From the NCBI RefSeq assembly GCF_009914755.1, contig NC_060937.1: a stretch of DNA of 64,000 nt; one strand, 5' to 3'. Below are positions 47,501-63,000 of the stretch, piece after piece. How positions within the stretch are numbered: the stretch's first letter is position 1; each line of letters starts with the position of its first letter. Source of the DNA: the human T2T-CHM13v2.0 reference genome, Homo sapiens. The notes below the pieces were generated by a model. That model was not told where the DNA came from and did no database searches. It saw only the letters and a program-made list of their open reading frames with translations. The position numbers and the translations under genes are program-made.

Positions 47501-50500
47501 AGTACCCAAAATATGCATTATATACTGTACATAAAATATGAAAGTAACAAAACATTTATAATAAACTGTACATAAAATATCAAAGTACTCAAACTATATA
47601 TCATATACTGTACACAAAATATCAAAGTACCCAAACTGTGTATTATTATATACTGTATATAAAATATAAAAGTACCTGAAATATATACTGTATACTGTAC
47701 ATAAAATATCAAAGTACCCAAAATATATACTATATACTGTACATAAAATATGAAGGTACATCAAATATATATTATATCCTGTACATAAAATATCAAAGTA
47801 CACCTATTATATATTGTGTACTGTACATAATATATTAAATCGCCCAAATATATATTGTATACTGTATATAAAATATGAAGGTACTTCAAATATATATTAT
47901 ATGCTGCACATAAAATATCAAAGTACCCAAAGTATGCATTAAACACTGTACATAAAATATCAAAGTACACATATTATCTATTATATAATGTACATAAAAT
48001 ATGAAGGTTCATCAAATATATATTATATTCTGTACATAATATATCAAAGTACATCAAATATATATTATATACTGTACATAAAATATCAAAGTACCAAAAA
48101 TATGTATTATATACTGTACATAAAACATGAAAGTAACCAAACATTTATAATAAACTGTACATAAAATATCAAAGTACTCAATCTACATATTATATACAGT
48201 ATATAAAATATCAAAGTACACAAACTGTATATTATATACTGTACATAATATATCAAAGTACCCAGAATATATACCATACTGTACTTAAAATATCAAAGAA
48301 CCCAAAATATATATTGTATACTGTACATAAAATATGAAGGTACATCAAAGATATATTATATTCTGTACATAAAATATCAAAGTACACCAAATATATATTA
48401 TATGCTGTACATAATATATTAAAGTTGCCCATATATACATTATATACTGTACATAAAATATGAACGTACATCAAATATATAGTATATGCTGCACATAAAA
48501 TATCAAAGTACCCAAAGTATGTATTATACACTGTACATAAAATATCAAAGTACCAAAAGTATATATTACATACTGTAAATAAAATATGAAGGTACCTCAA
48601 ATATATATTATATTCTGTACATAAAATATCAAAGTACACCAAGTATATACTATATACTCTGCATAAAATATTAAATTACCCAAAATATGTATTGCATTGT
48701 GTACATAAAATATGAAAGTAACCAAACATTTATAATAAACTGTACATAAAATATCAAAGTACTCAAACTGTATATTATATACTGTACATAAAGTATCAAA
48801 GTACCCAAACTGTGTAGTATATACTGTACATAAAATATCAAGGTACCCAAAATATATATTGTAAACTGTAGATAAAATATCAAAGTACCCAAAATATATA
48901 TTATATACTGTACATAAAATATGAAGGCACATCCAATATATACTATATTCTGTACATAAAATATCAAAGTACACCAAATGTATATTATATACTGTACAAA
49001 AAATATCAAAGTACCCAAAGTGTATATTATATACTGTACATAAAGTATGAAGGTTCATCAAATATATTTTATATTCTGCACATAATATATCAAAGTACAG
49101 CAAATATATATTATATACTGTACATAAAATATCAAAGTACCCAGAATATGTAATATATACTGTACATAAAATATGAAAGTAAGCAAACATTTGTAATAAA
49201 ATGTACATAAAGTAACAAAGTACTCAAACTACATATTATATACAGTATATAAAATGTCAAAGTACCCAAACTGTATATTATATACTGTACATAATATATC
49301 AAAGTACCCGAATATATAGCATACTGTACATAAAATATCAAAGTACCCAAAGTGTGTATTATACACTGCACATAAAATATGAAGGTACATAAAATATATA
49401 TTGTATTCTGTACATAAAATATCAAAGTACTCCAAATATATATTATATGCTGTACATAATATATTAAAGTCGCCCAAATATATATTATATACTGTACATA
49501 AAATATGAAGGTACATCAAATATATATTATATGCTGCACATAAAATATCAAAGTACCCAAAGTATGTGTTATATACTGTACATAAAATATCAAAGTACCC
49601 AAAGTATATATTATATACTGTACATAAAATATAAAATACCCCAAATATATATTATATGCTGTACATAAAATATCAAAGTACACAAAATATGTATTATATA
49701 CTGTACATAAAATACCAAAGGACCCAAAATATATATTATATACTGTACATAAAATATCAAAATACCCAAAATATATATTATATACTGTACATAAAATACC
49801 AAAGTACCCAAAGTATATATTATATACCGTACAAAAAATATCAAAGTAGCCAAAATATGTATTATACACTGTACATAATATATGAAAGTACCCAAACATT
49901 TATAATAAACTGTACATAAAATATCAATGTACTCAAACTATATATTATGTGCGGTACATAAGATATCAAATTACCCATACTGTATAGTATATACTGTACT
50001 TAAAATATCAAAATACCCAAAATATATATTATATACGTTACATAAACTATCAAATACACAAAGTATGTATTATATACTGTACATAAAATAGCAAAGTTCC
50101 CAAAATATGTATTATATATATTATAAATATGTACATAAAATATGAAAGTACCCAACCATTTATAATAAACTCTACATAAAACACCAAAGTACCCAAACTG
50201 TGTATTATATACTGTCCATAAAATATCAAAGGACCCAAAATATATATTGTAAACTCTACATAAAATATCAAAGTAGCCAAAATACATATTGTATACTGTA
50301 CATAAAATATAAAAGTACCCCAAATATATATTATATACTGTACATAAAATATCAAAGTACCCATAATACATATTATATACTGTACATAAAATATCAAAGG
50401 ACCCAAAATAAACATTATATACTGTACATAAAATATCCAAATACTCAAAATATATATTACATACTGTACATAAAATATCAAAGTACCCAAATTATGTATT

Positions 50501-53500
50501 ATATACTGTACGTAAAATATGAGAGTACCCAAAATATGCATTATATTCTGTACATAAAATATGAAAGTAACAAAACATTTATAATAAACTGTACATAAAA
50601 TATCAAAGTACTCAAACTATATATCATATACTGTATATAAAATATCAAAGTACCCAAACTGTGTATTATTATATACTGTATATAAAATATCAAAGTACCT
50701 GAAATATATATTGTATACTGTACATAAAATATCAAAGTACCCAAAATATATACTATATACTGTACATAAAATATGAAGGTACATCAAATATATATTATAT
50801 CCTGTACATAAAATATCAAAGTACACCTATTATATATTGTGTACTGTACATAATATATTAAATCGCCCAAATATATATTGTATACTGTATATAAAATATG
50901 AAGGTACTTCAAATATATATTATATGCTGCACATAAAATATCAAAGTACCCAAGGTATGCATTACATACTGTACATAAAATATCAAAGTACACAAATTAT
51001 ATATTATATACTCTACATAAAATATGTAGGTTCATCAAATATATTTTATATTCTGTACATAATATATCAAAGTACATCAAATATATATTATATACGGTAC
51101 ATAAAATATCAAATTACCCAAAATATGCATTATTTACTGTACATAAAATATGAAAGTAACCAAACATTTATAATAAACTGTACATAAATTATCAAAGTAC
51201 TCAATCTACATATTATATACAGTATATAAAATATCAAAGTACACAAACTGTATATTATATACTGTACATAATATGTCAAAGTACCCAGAATATATAGCAT
51301 ACTGTACATACAATATCAAAGTACCCAGAATGTATATTGTATACTGTACATAAAATATGAAGGTACATCAAAGATATATTATATTCTGTACATAAAATAT
51401 CAAACTACACCAAATATATATTATATGCTGTACATAATATATTAAAGTTGCCCATGTATACATTTTATACTGTACATAAAATATGAAGGTACATCAAATA
51501 TATAGTATATGCTGCACATAAAATATCAAAGTATCCAAAGTATGTATTATATACTGTACATAAAATATCAAAGTACCAAAAGTATATATTACCTACTGTA
51601 AATAAAATATGAAGGTACCTCAAATATATATTATATTCTGTACATGAAATATCAAAGTACACCAAGTATATACTATATACTCTACATAAAATATTAAATT
51701 ACCCAAAATATGTATTGTATTGTGTACATAAATTATGAAAGTAACCAAACATTTATAATAAACTGTACATAAAATATCAAAGTACTCAAACTTTATATTA
51801 TATACTGTACATAAAGTATCAAAGTACCCAAACTGTGTAGTATATACTGTACATAAAATATCAAGGTACCCAAAAAGTATATTGTAAACTGTAGATAAAA
51901 TATCAAAGTACCCAAAATATATATTATATACTGTACATAAAATATGAAGGCACATCCAATATATATTATATTCTGTACATAAAATATCAAAGTACACCAA
52001 ATGTATATTATATACTGTACATAAAATATAAAAGTACCCCAAATATATATTATATACTCTACATAAAATATCAAAGTACCCAAAATATATATTATACACT
52101 GTACATAAAATATCAAAGTACCCATAGTATGTATTATATCCTGTACATAAAATATGAAGATACATCAAATATATATTCTATTCTGCACATAAAATATCAT
52201 ATTGCACCAAATATATATTGTATACTGTATATAAAATATGAAGGTACTTCAAATATATATTATATGCTGCACATAAAATATCAAAGTACCCAAAGTATGC
52301 ATTACATAGTGTACATAAAATATCAAAGTACCCAAAGTGTATATTATATACTGTACAAAAAATATGAAGGTTCATCAAATATATTTTATATTCTGCACAT
52401 AATATATGAAAGTACAGCAAATATATATTATATACTGTACATAAAATAACAAAGTACCAAAAATATGTATTATATACTGTACATAAAATATGAAAGTAAC
52501 CAAATATTTATAATTAACTGTATATAAAATATCAAAGTACTCAAACTACATATTATATACAGTATATAAAATATCAAAGTACCCAAACTGTATATTATAT
52601 ACTGTACATACTATATCAAAGTACCCGAATATATAGCATACTGTACATAAAATATCAAAGTACCCAAAATATATATTGTATACTGTACATAAAATATGAA
52701 GGTACATCAAAGATATATTATATTCTGTACATAAAATATCAAAGTACACCAAATATATATTATATGCTGTACATAATATATTAAAGTCGACCAAATATAT
52801 ATTATATACTGTACATAAAATATGAAGATACATCAAATATATATTATATGCTGCACATAAAATATCAAAGTACCCAAAGTATGTATTATATACTGTACAT
52901 AAAATATCAAAGTACCCAAAGTATATATTATATACTGTACATAAAATATAAAATACCCCAAATATATATTATATGCTGTACATAAAATATCAAAGTACAC
53001 AAAATATGTATTATGTACTGTACATAAAATATCAAAGGATCCAATATATATATTATATAGTGTACATAAAATATCAAAATACCCAAAATATATATTATAT
53101 ACTGTACATAAAATACCAAAGTACCCAAAGTATATATTATATACCGTACAAAAAATATCAAAGTAGCCAAAATATGTATTATACACTGTACATAATATAT
53201 GAAAGTACCCAAACATTTATAATAAACTGTACATAAAATATCAATGTACTCAAACTATATATTATGTGCGGTACATAAGATATCAAAGTACCCATACTAT
53301 ATAGTATATACTGTACTTAAAATATCAAAATACCCAAAATATATATTATATACGTTACATAAACTATCAAATACACAAAGTATGTATTATATACTGTACA
53401 TAAAATAGCAAAGTTCCCAAAATATGTATTATATACTGTACATAAAATATGAAAGTACCCAACCATTTATAATAAAGTCTACATAAAATACCAAAGTACC

Positions 53501-56500
53501 CAAACTGTGTATTATATACTGTCCATAAAATATCAAAGGACCCAAAATATATATTGTAAACTCTACATAAAATATCAAAGTAGCCAAAATACATATTGTA
53601 TACTGTACATAAAATATAAAAGTACCCCAAATATGTATTATATACTGTACATAAAATATCAAAGTACCCATAATACATATTATATACTGTACATAAAATA
53701 TCAAAGGACCCAAAATAAACATTATATACTGTACATAAAATATCCAAATACTCAAAATATATATTACGTACTGTACATAAAATATCAAAGTACCCAAATT
53801 ATGTATTATATACTGTACGTAAAATATCAGAGTACCCAAAATATGCATTATATACTGTACATAAAATATGAAAGTAACAATACATTTATAATAAACTGTA
53901 CATAAAATATCAAAGTACTCAAACTATATATCATATACTGTACATAAAATATCAAAGTACCCAAACTGTGTATTATTATATACTGTATATAAAATATCAA
54001 AGTACCTGAAATATATATTGTATACTGTACATAAAATATCAAAGTACCCAAAATATATACTATATACTGTACATAAAATATGAAGGTACATCAAATATAT
54101 ATTATATCCCGTACATAAAATATCAAAGTACACCTATTATATATTGTGTACTGTACATAATATATTAAATCGCCCAAATATATATTGTATACTGTATATA
54201 AAATATGAAGGTACTTCAAATATATATTATATGCTGCACATAAAATATCAAAGTACCCAAAGTATGCATTACATACTGTACATAAAATATCAAAGTACAC
54301 ATATTATCTATTATATAATGTACATAAAATATGAAGGTTCATCAAATATATATTATATTCTGTACATAATATATCAAAGTACATCAAATATATATTATAT
54401 ACTGTACATAAAATATCAAAGTACCAAAAATATGTATTATATACTGTACATAAAACATGAAAGTAACCAAACATTTATAATAAACTGTACATAAAATATC
54501 AAAGTACTCAATCTACATATTATATACAGTATATAAAATATCAAAGTACACAAACTGTATATTATATACTGTACATAATATATCAAAGTACCCAGAATAT
54601 ATAGCATACTGTACATAAAATATCAAAGTACCCAAAATATATATTGTATACTGTACATAAAATATGAAGGTACATCAAAGATATATTATATTCTGTACAT
54701 AAAATATCAAACTACACCAAATATATATTATATGCTGTACATAATATATTAAAGTTGCCCATATATACATTATATACTGTACATAAAATATGAACGTACA
54801 TCAAATATATAGTATATGCTGCACATAAAATATCAAAGTACCCAAAGTATGTATTATACACTGTACATAAAATATCAAAGTACCAAAAGTATATATTACA
54901 TACTGTAAATAAAATATGAAGGTACCTCAAATATATATTATATTTTATACATAAAATATCAAAGTACACCAAGTATATACTATATATTCTGCATAAAATA
55001 TTAAATTACCCGAAATATGTATTGTATTGTGTACATAAAATATGAAAGTAACGAAACATTTATAATAAACTGTACATAAAATATCAAAGTACTCAAACTG
55101 TATATTATATACTGTACATAAAGTATCAAAGTACCCAAACTGTGTAGTATATACTGTACATAAAATATCAAGGTACCCAAAATATATATTGTAAACTGTA
55201 GATAAAATATCAAAGTACCCAAAATATATATTATATACTGTACATGAAATATGAAGGCACATCCAATATATATTATACTCTGTACATAAAATATCAAAGT
55301 ACACCAAATGTATATTATATACTGTACATAAAATATCAAAGTACCCAAAGTGTATATTATATACTGTACATAAACTATGAAGGTTCATCAAATATATTTT
55401 ATATTCTGCACATAATATATCAAAGTACAGCAAATATATATTATATACTGTACATAAAATATCAAAGTACCCAAAATATGTATTATATACTGTACATAAA
55501 ATATGAAAGTAAGCAAACATTTATAATAAACTGTACATAAAGTATCAAAGTACTCAAACTACATATTATATACAGTATATAAAATATCAAAGTACCCAAA
55601 CTGTATATTATATACTGTACATAATATATCAAAGTACCCGAATATATAGCATACTCTACATAAAATATCAAAGTACCCAAATTTTGTATTATACACTGCA
55701 CATAAAATATGAAGGTACATCAAAGATATATTATATTCTGTACATAAAATATCAAAGTACACCAAATATATATTATATGCTGTACATAATATATTAAAGT
55801 CGACCAAATATATATTATATACTGTACATAAAATATGAAGGTACATCAAATATATATTATATGCTGCACATAAAATATCAAAGTACCCAAAGTATGTGTT
55901 ATATACTGTACATAAAATATCAAAGTACCCAAAGTATATATTATATACTGTACATAAAATATAAAATACCCCAAATATATATTATATGCTGTACATAAAA
56001 TATCAAAGTACACAAAATATGTATTATATACTGTACATAAAATACCAAAGGGCCCAAAATATATATTATATACTGTACATAAAATATCAAAATACCCAAA
56101 ATATATATTATATACTGTACATAAAATACCAAAGTACCCAAAGTATATATTATATACCGTACAAAAAATATCAAAGTAGCCAAAATATGTATTATACACT
56201 GTACATAATATATGAAAGTACCCAAACATTTATAATAAACTGTACATAAAATATCAATGTACTCAAACTATATATTATGTGCGCTACATAAGATATCAAA
56301 GTACCCATACTATATAGTATATACTGTACTTAAAATATCAAAATACCCAAAATATATATTATATATGTTACATAAACTATCAAATACACAAAGTATGTAT
56401 TATATACTGTACATAAAATAGCAAAGTTCCCAAAATATGTATTATATACTGTACATAAAATATGAAAGTACCCAACCATTTATAATAAAGTCTACATAAA

Positions 56501-57156
56501 ATACCAAAGTACCCAAACTGTGTATTATATACTGTCCATAAAATATCAAAGGACCCAAAATATATATCGTAAACTCTACATAAAATATCAAAGTAGCCAA
56601 AATACATATTGTATACTGTACATAAAATATAAAAGTACCCCAAATATATATTATATACTGTACATAAAATATCAAAGTACCCATAATACATATTATACAC
56701 TGTACATAAAATATCAAAGGACCCAAAATAAACATTATATACTGTACATAAAATCTCCAAATACTCAAAATATATATTACATACTGTACATAAAATATCA
56801 AAGTACCCAAATTATGTGTTATATACTGTACGTAATATATCAGAGTACCCAAAATATGCATTATATACTGTACATAAAATATGAAAGTAAAAAAACATTT
56901 ATAATAAACTGTACATAAAATATCAAAGTACTCAAACTATATATCATATACTGTACATAAAATATCAAAGTACCCAAACTGTGTATTATTATATACTGTA
57001 TATAAAATATCAAAGTACCTGAAATATATATTGTATACTGTACATAAAATATCAAAGTACCCAAAATATATACTATATACTGTACATAAAATATGAAGGT
57101 ACATCAAATATATATTATATCCTGTACATAAAATATCAAAGTACACCTATTATATA
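44507..57156 (+). repeat. A-B(+10)-A-B run: 3,307 + 3,023 + 3,307 + 3,013 bp
   Basis: Markers at 44507, 47814, 50837, 54144 and 57157. Confidence 0.85.
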
Positions 57157-60045
57157 TTGTGTACTGCACATAATATATTAAATCGCCCAAATATATATTG
57201 TATACTGTATATAAAATATGAAGGTACTTCAAATATATATTATATGCTGCACATAAAATATCAAAGTACCCAAAGTATGCATTACATACTGTACATAAAA
57301 TATCAAATTACACAAATTATATATTATATTCTGTACATAAAATATGTAGGTTCTTCAAATATATTTTATATTCTGTACATAATATATCAAAGTACATCAA
57401 ATATATATTATATACGGTACATAAAATATCAAAGTACCCAAAATATGTATTAATTACTGTGCATAAAATATGAAAGTAACCAAACATTTATAATAAACTG
57501 TACATAAAATATCAAACTACTCAATCTACATATTATATACAGTATATAAAATATCAAAGTACACAAACTGTATATTATATACTGTACATAATATATCAAA
57601 GTACCCAGAATATATAGCATACTGTACATACAATATCAAAGTACCCAGAATGTATATTGTATTCTGTACATAAAATATGAATGTACATCAAAGATATATT
57701 ATATTCTGTACATAAAATATCAAAGTACACCAAATATATATTATATGCTGTACATAATATATTAAAGTTGCCCATGCATACATTTTATACTGTACATAAA
57801 ATATGAAGGTACATCAAATATATAGTATATGCTGCACATAAAATATCAAAGTACCCAAAGTATGTATTATATACTGTACATAAAATATCAAAGTACCAAA
57901 AGTATATATTACCTACTGTAAATAAAATATGAAGATACCTCAAATATATATTATATTCTGTACATGAAATATCAAAGTACACCAAGTATATACTATATAG
58001 TCTACATAAAATATTAAATTACCCAAAATATGTATTGTATTGTGTACATAAAATATGAAAGTAACCAAACATTTATAATAAACTGTACATAAAATATCAA
58101 AGTACTCAAACTTTATATTATATACTGTACATAAAGTATCAAAGTACCCAAACTGTGTAGTATATACTGTACATAAAATATCAAGGTACCCAAAATGTAT
58201 ATTGTAAACTGTAGATAAAATATCAAAGTACCCAAAATATATATTATATACTGTACATAAAATATGAAGGCTCATCCAATATATATTATATTCTGTACAT
58301 AAAATATCAAAGTACACCAAATGTATATTATATACTGTACATAAAATATAAAACTACCCCAAATATATCTTATATACTCTACATAAAATATCAAAGTACC
58401 CAAAATATATATTATATACTGTACATAAAATATCAAAGTACCCATAGTATGTATTATATCCTGTACATAAAATATGAAGGTACGTCAAATATATATTCTA
58501 TTCTGCACATAAAATATCATATTGCACCAAATATATATTGTATACTGTATATAAAATATGAAGGTACTTCAAATATATATTATATGCTGCACATAAAATA
58601 TCAAAGTACCCAAAGTATGCATTATATACTGTACATAAAATATCAAAGTACCCAAAGTGTATATTATATACTGTACATAAAATATGAAGGTTCATCAAAT
58701 ATATTTTATATTCTGCACATAATATATCAAAGTACAGCAAATATATATTATATACTGTACATAAAATATCAAAGTACCCAAAATATGTATTATATACTGT
58801 ACATAAAATATGAAAGTAACCAAACATTTATAATAAACTGTACATAAAATATCAAAGTACTCAAACTACATATTATATACAGTATAGAAAATGTCAAAGT
58901 ACCCAAACTGTATATTATATACTGTACATAATATATCAAAGTACCCGAATATATAGCATACTGTACATAAAATATCAAAGTACCCAAAATATATATTGTA
59001 TACTGTACATAAAATATGAAGGTACATCAAAGATATATTATATTCTGTACATAAAATATCAAAGTACACCAAATATATATTATATGCTGTACAGAATATA
59101 TTAAAGTCGACCAAATATATATTATATACTGTACATAAAATATGAAGGTACATCAAATATATATTATATGCTGCACATAAAATATCAAAGTACCCAAAGT
59201 ATGTATTATATACTGTACATAAAATATCAAAGTACCCAAAGTATATATTATATACTGTACATAAAATATAAAATACCCCAAATATATATTATATCCTGTA
59301 CATAAAATATCAAAGTACCCAAAATATATATTGTAAATTGTACATAAAATATCAAAGTAGCCAAAATATATATTGTATACTGTACATAAAATATGAAGGT
59401 ACATCAAATATATATTATATCCTGTACATAAAATATCAAAGTACCCAAAATATATATTGTAAATTGTACATAAAATATCAAAGTAGCCAAAATATATATT
59501 GTATACTGTACATAAAATATAAAAGTACCCCAAATATGTATTATATACTGTACATAAAATATCAAAGTACCGATAATACATATTATATACTGTACATAAA
59601 ATATCAAAGGACCCAAAATAAACATTATATACTGTACATAAAATATCCAAATACTCAAAATATATATTACATACTGTACATAAAATATCAAAGTACCCAA
59701 ATTATGTATTATATACTGTACGTAAAATATCAGAGTACCCAAAATATGCATTATATACTGTACATAAAATATGAAAGTAACAAAACATTTATAATAAACT
59801 GTACATAAAATATCAAAGTACTCAAACTATATATCATATACTGTACATAAAATATCAAAGTACCCAAACTGTATATTATTATATACTGTATATAAAATAT
59901 CAAAGTACCTGAAATATATATTGTATACTGTACATAAAATATCAAAGTACCCAAAATATATACTATATACTGTACATAAAATATGAAGGTACATAAATAT
60001 ATATTATATCCTGTACATAAAATATCAAAGTACACCTATTATATA
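57157..60045 (+). repeat. Second type C unit with 126-bp duplication and 1-bp deletion (2,889 bp)
   Basis: 2,889 = 2,764 + 126 - 1. Shares gtactgcaca, ttcttcaaat, taattactgtgc and cccatgcata with the 11027 unit. Confidence 0.8.
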
Positions 60046-63000
60046 TTGTGTACTCTACATAATATATTAAGTCGCCCAAATATATATTGTATACTGTATA
60101 TAAAATATGAAGGTACTTCAAATATATATTATATGCTGCACATAAAATATCAAAGTACCCAAGGTATGCATTACATACTGTACATAAAATATCAAAGTAC
60201 ACATATTATATATTATATAATATACATAAAATATGAAGGTTCATCTAATATATATTATATTCTGTACATAATATATCAAAGTACATCAAATATATATTAT
60301 ATACTGTACATAAAATATCAAAGTACCAAAAATATGTATTATATACTGTACATAAAATATGAAAGTAACCAAACATTTATAATATACTGTACATAAAATA
60401 TCAAAGTACTCAGTCTACATATTACATACAGTATATAAAATATCAAAGTACACACACTGTATATTATATACTGTACATAATATATCAAAGTACCCAGAAT
60501 ATATAACATACTGTACATAAAATATCAAAGTACCCGAAATATATATGGTATACTGTACATAAAATATGAAGGTACATCAAAGATATATTATATTCTGTAC
60601 ATAAAATATCAAACTACACCAAATATATATTATATGCTGTACATAATATATTAAAGTTGCCCAAATACACATTCTATACTGTACATAAAATATGAACGTA
60701 CATCAAATATATAGTATATGCTGCACATAAAATATCAAAGTACCCAAAGTTTGTATTATACACTGTACATAAAATATCAAAGTACCAAAAGTATATATTA
60801 CATACTGTAAATAAAATATGAAGGTACCTCAAATATATATTATATTCTGTACATAAAATATCAAAGTACACCAAGTATATACTATATACTCTGCATAAAA
60901 TATTAAATTACCCAAAATATGTATTGTATTGTGTACATAAAATATGAAAGTAACCAAACATTTATAATAAACTGTACATAAAATATCAAAGTACTCAAAC
61001 TGTATATTATATACTGTACATAAAGTATCAAAGTACCCAAACTGTGTAGTATATACTGTACATAAAATATCAAGGTACCCAAAATATATATTGTAAACTG
61101 TAGATAAAATATCAAAGTACCCAAAATATATATTATATACTGTACATAAAATATGAAGTCACATCCAATATATATTATATTCTGTACATAAAATATCAAA
61201 GTACACCAAATGTATATTATATACTGTACATAAAATATCAAAGTACCCAAAGTGTATATTATATACTGTACATAAAATATGAAGGTTCATCAAATATATT
61301 TTATATTCTGCACATAATATATCAAAGTACAGCAAATATATATTATATACTGTACATAAAATATCAAAGTACCCAAAATATGTATTATATACTGTACATA
61401 AAATATGAAAGTAACCAAACATTTATAATAAACTTTACATAAAGTATCAAAGTACTCAAACTACATATTATATACAGTATATAAAATATCAAAGTACCCC
61501 AACTGTATATTATATACTGTACATAATATATCAAAGTACCCAAATATATAGCATACTGTACATAAAATATCAAAGTACCCAAAATATATATTATATACTG
61601 TACATAAAATATCAAAATACCCAAAATATATATTATATACTGTACATAAATTACCAAAGTACCCAAAGTATATATTATGTAACGTACAAAAAATATCAAA
61701 GTAGCCAAAATATGTATTATACACTGTACTTAATATATGAAAGTACCCAAACATTTATAATAAACTGTAAATAAAATATCAATGTACTCAAACTATATAT
61801 TATGTGCGGTACATAAGATATCAAAGTACCCATGCTATATAGTATATACTGTACTTAAAATATCAAAATACCCAAAATATATATTATATACGTTACATAA
61901 ACTATCAAATACACAAAGTATGTATTATATACTGTACATAAAATAGCAAAGTTCCCAAAATATGTATTATATACTGTACATAAAATATGAAAGTACCCAA
62001 CCATTTATAATAAACTCTACATAAAATACCAAAGTACCCAAACTGTGTATTATATACTGTCCATAAAATATCAAAGGACCCAAAATATATATTGTAAACT
62101 CTACATAAAATATCAAAGTAGCCAAAATACATATTGTATACTGTACATAAAATATAAAAGTACCCCAAATATATATTATATACTGTACATAAAATATCAA
62201 AGTACCCATAATACATATTATATACTGTACATAAAATATCAAAGGACCCAAAATAAACATTATATACTGTACATAAAATATCCAAATACTCAAAATATAT
62301 ATTACATACTGTACATAAAATATCAAAGTACCCAAATTATGTATTATATACTGTATATAAAATATCAGAGTACCCAAAATATGCATTATATATTGTACAT
62401 AAAATATGAAGGTACATCAAATATATAGTATATGCTGCACATAAAATATCAAAGTACCCAAAGTATGTATTATATACTGTACATAAAATATCAAAGTACC
62501 AAAAGTATATATTACCTACTGTAAATAAAATATGAAGATACCTCAAATATATATTATATTCTGTACATAAAATATCAAAGTGCACCAAGTATATACTATA
62601 TACTCTACATAAAATATTAAATTACCCAAAATATGTATTGTATTGTGTACATAAAATATGAAAGTAACCAAACATTTATAATAAACTGTACATAAAATAT
62701 CAAAGTACTCAAACTTTATATTATATACTGTACATAAAGTATCAAAGTACCCAAACTGTGTAGTATATACTGTACATGAAATATCAAGGTACCCAAAATG
62801 TATATTGTAAACTGTAGATAAAATATCAAAGTACCCAAAATATATATTATATACTGTACATAAAATATGAAGGCACATCCAATATATATTATATTCTGTA
62901 CATAAAATATCAAAGTACACCAAATGTATATTATATACTGTACATAAAATATAAAACTACCCCAAATATATCTTATATAGTCTACATAAAATATCAAAGT

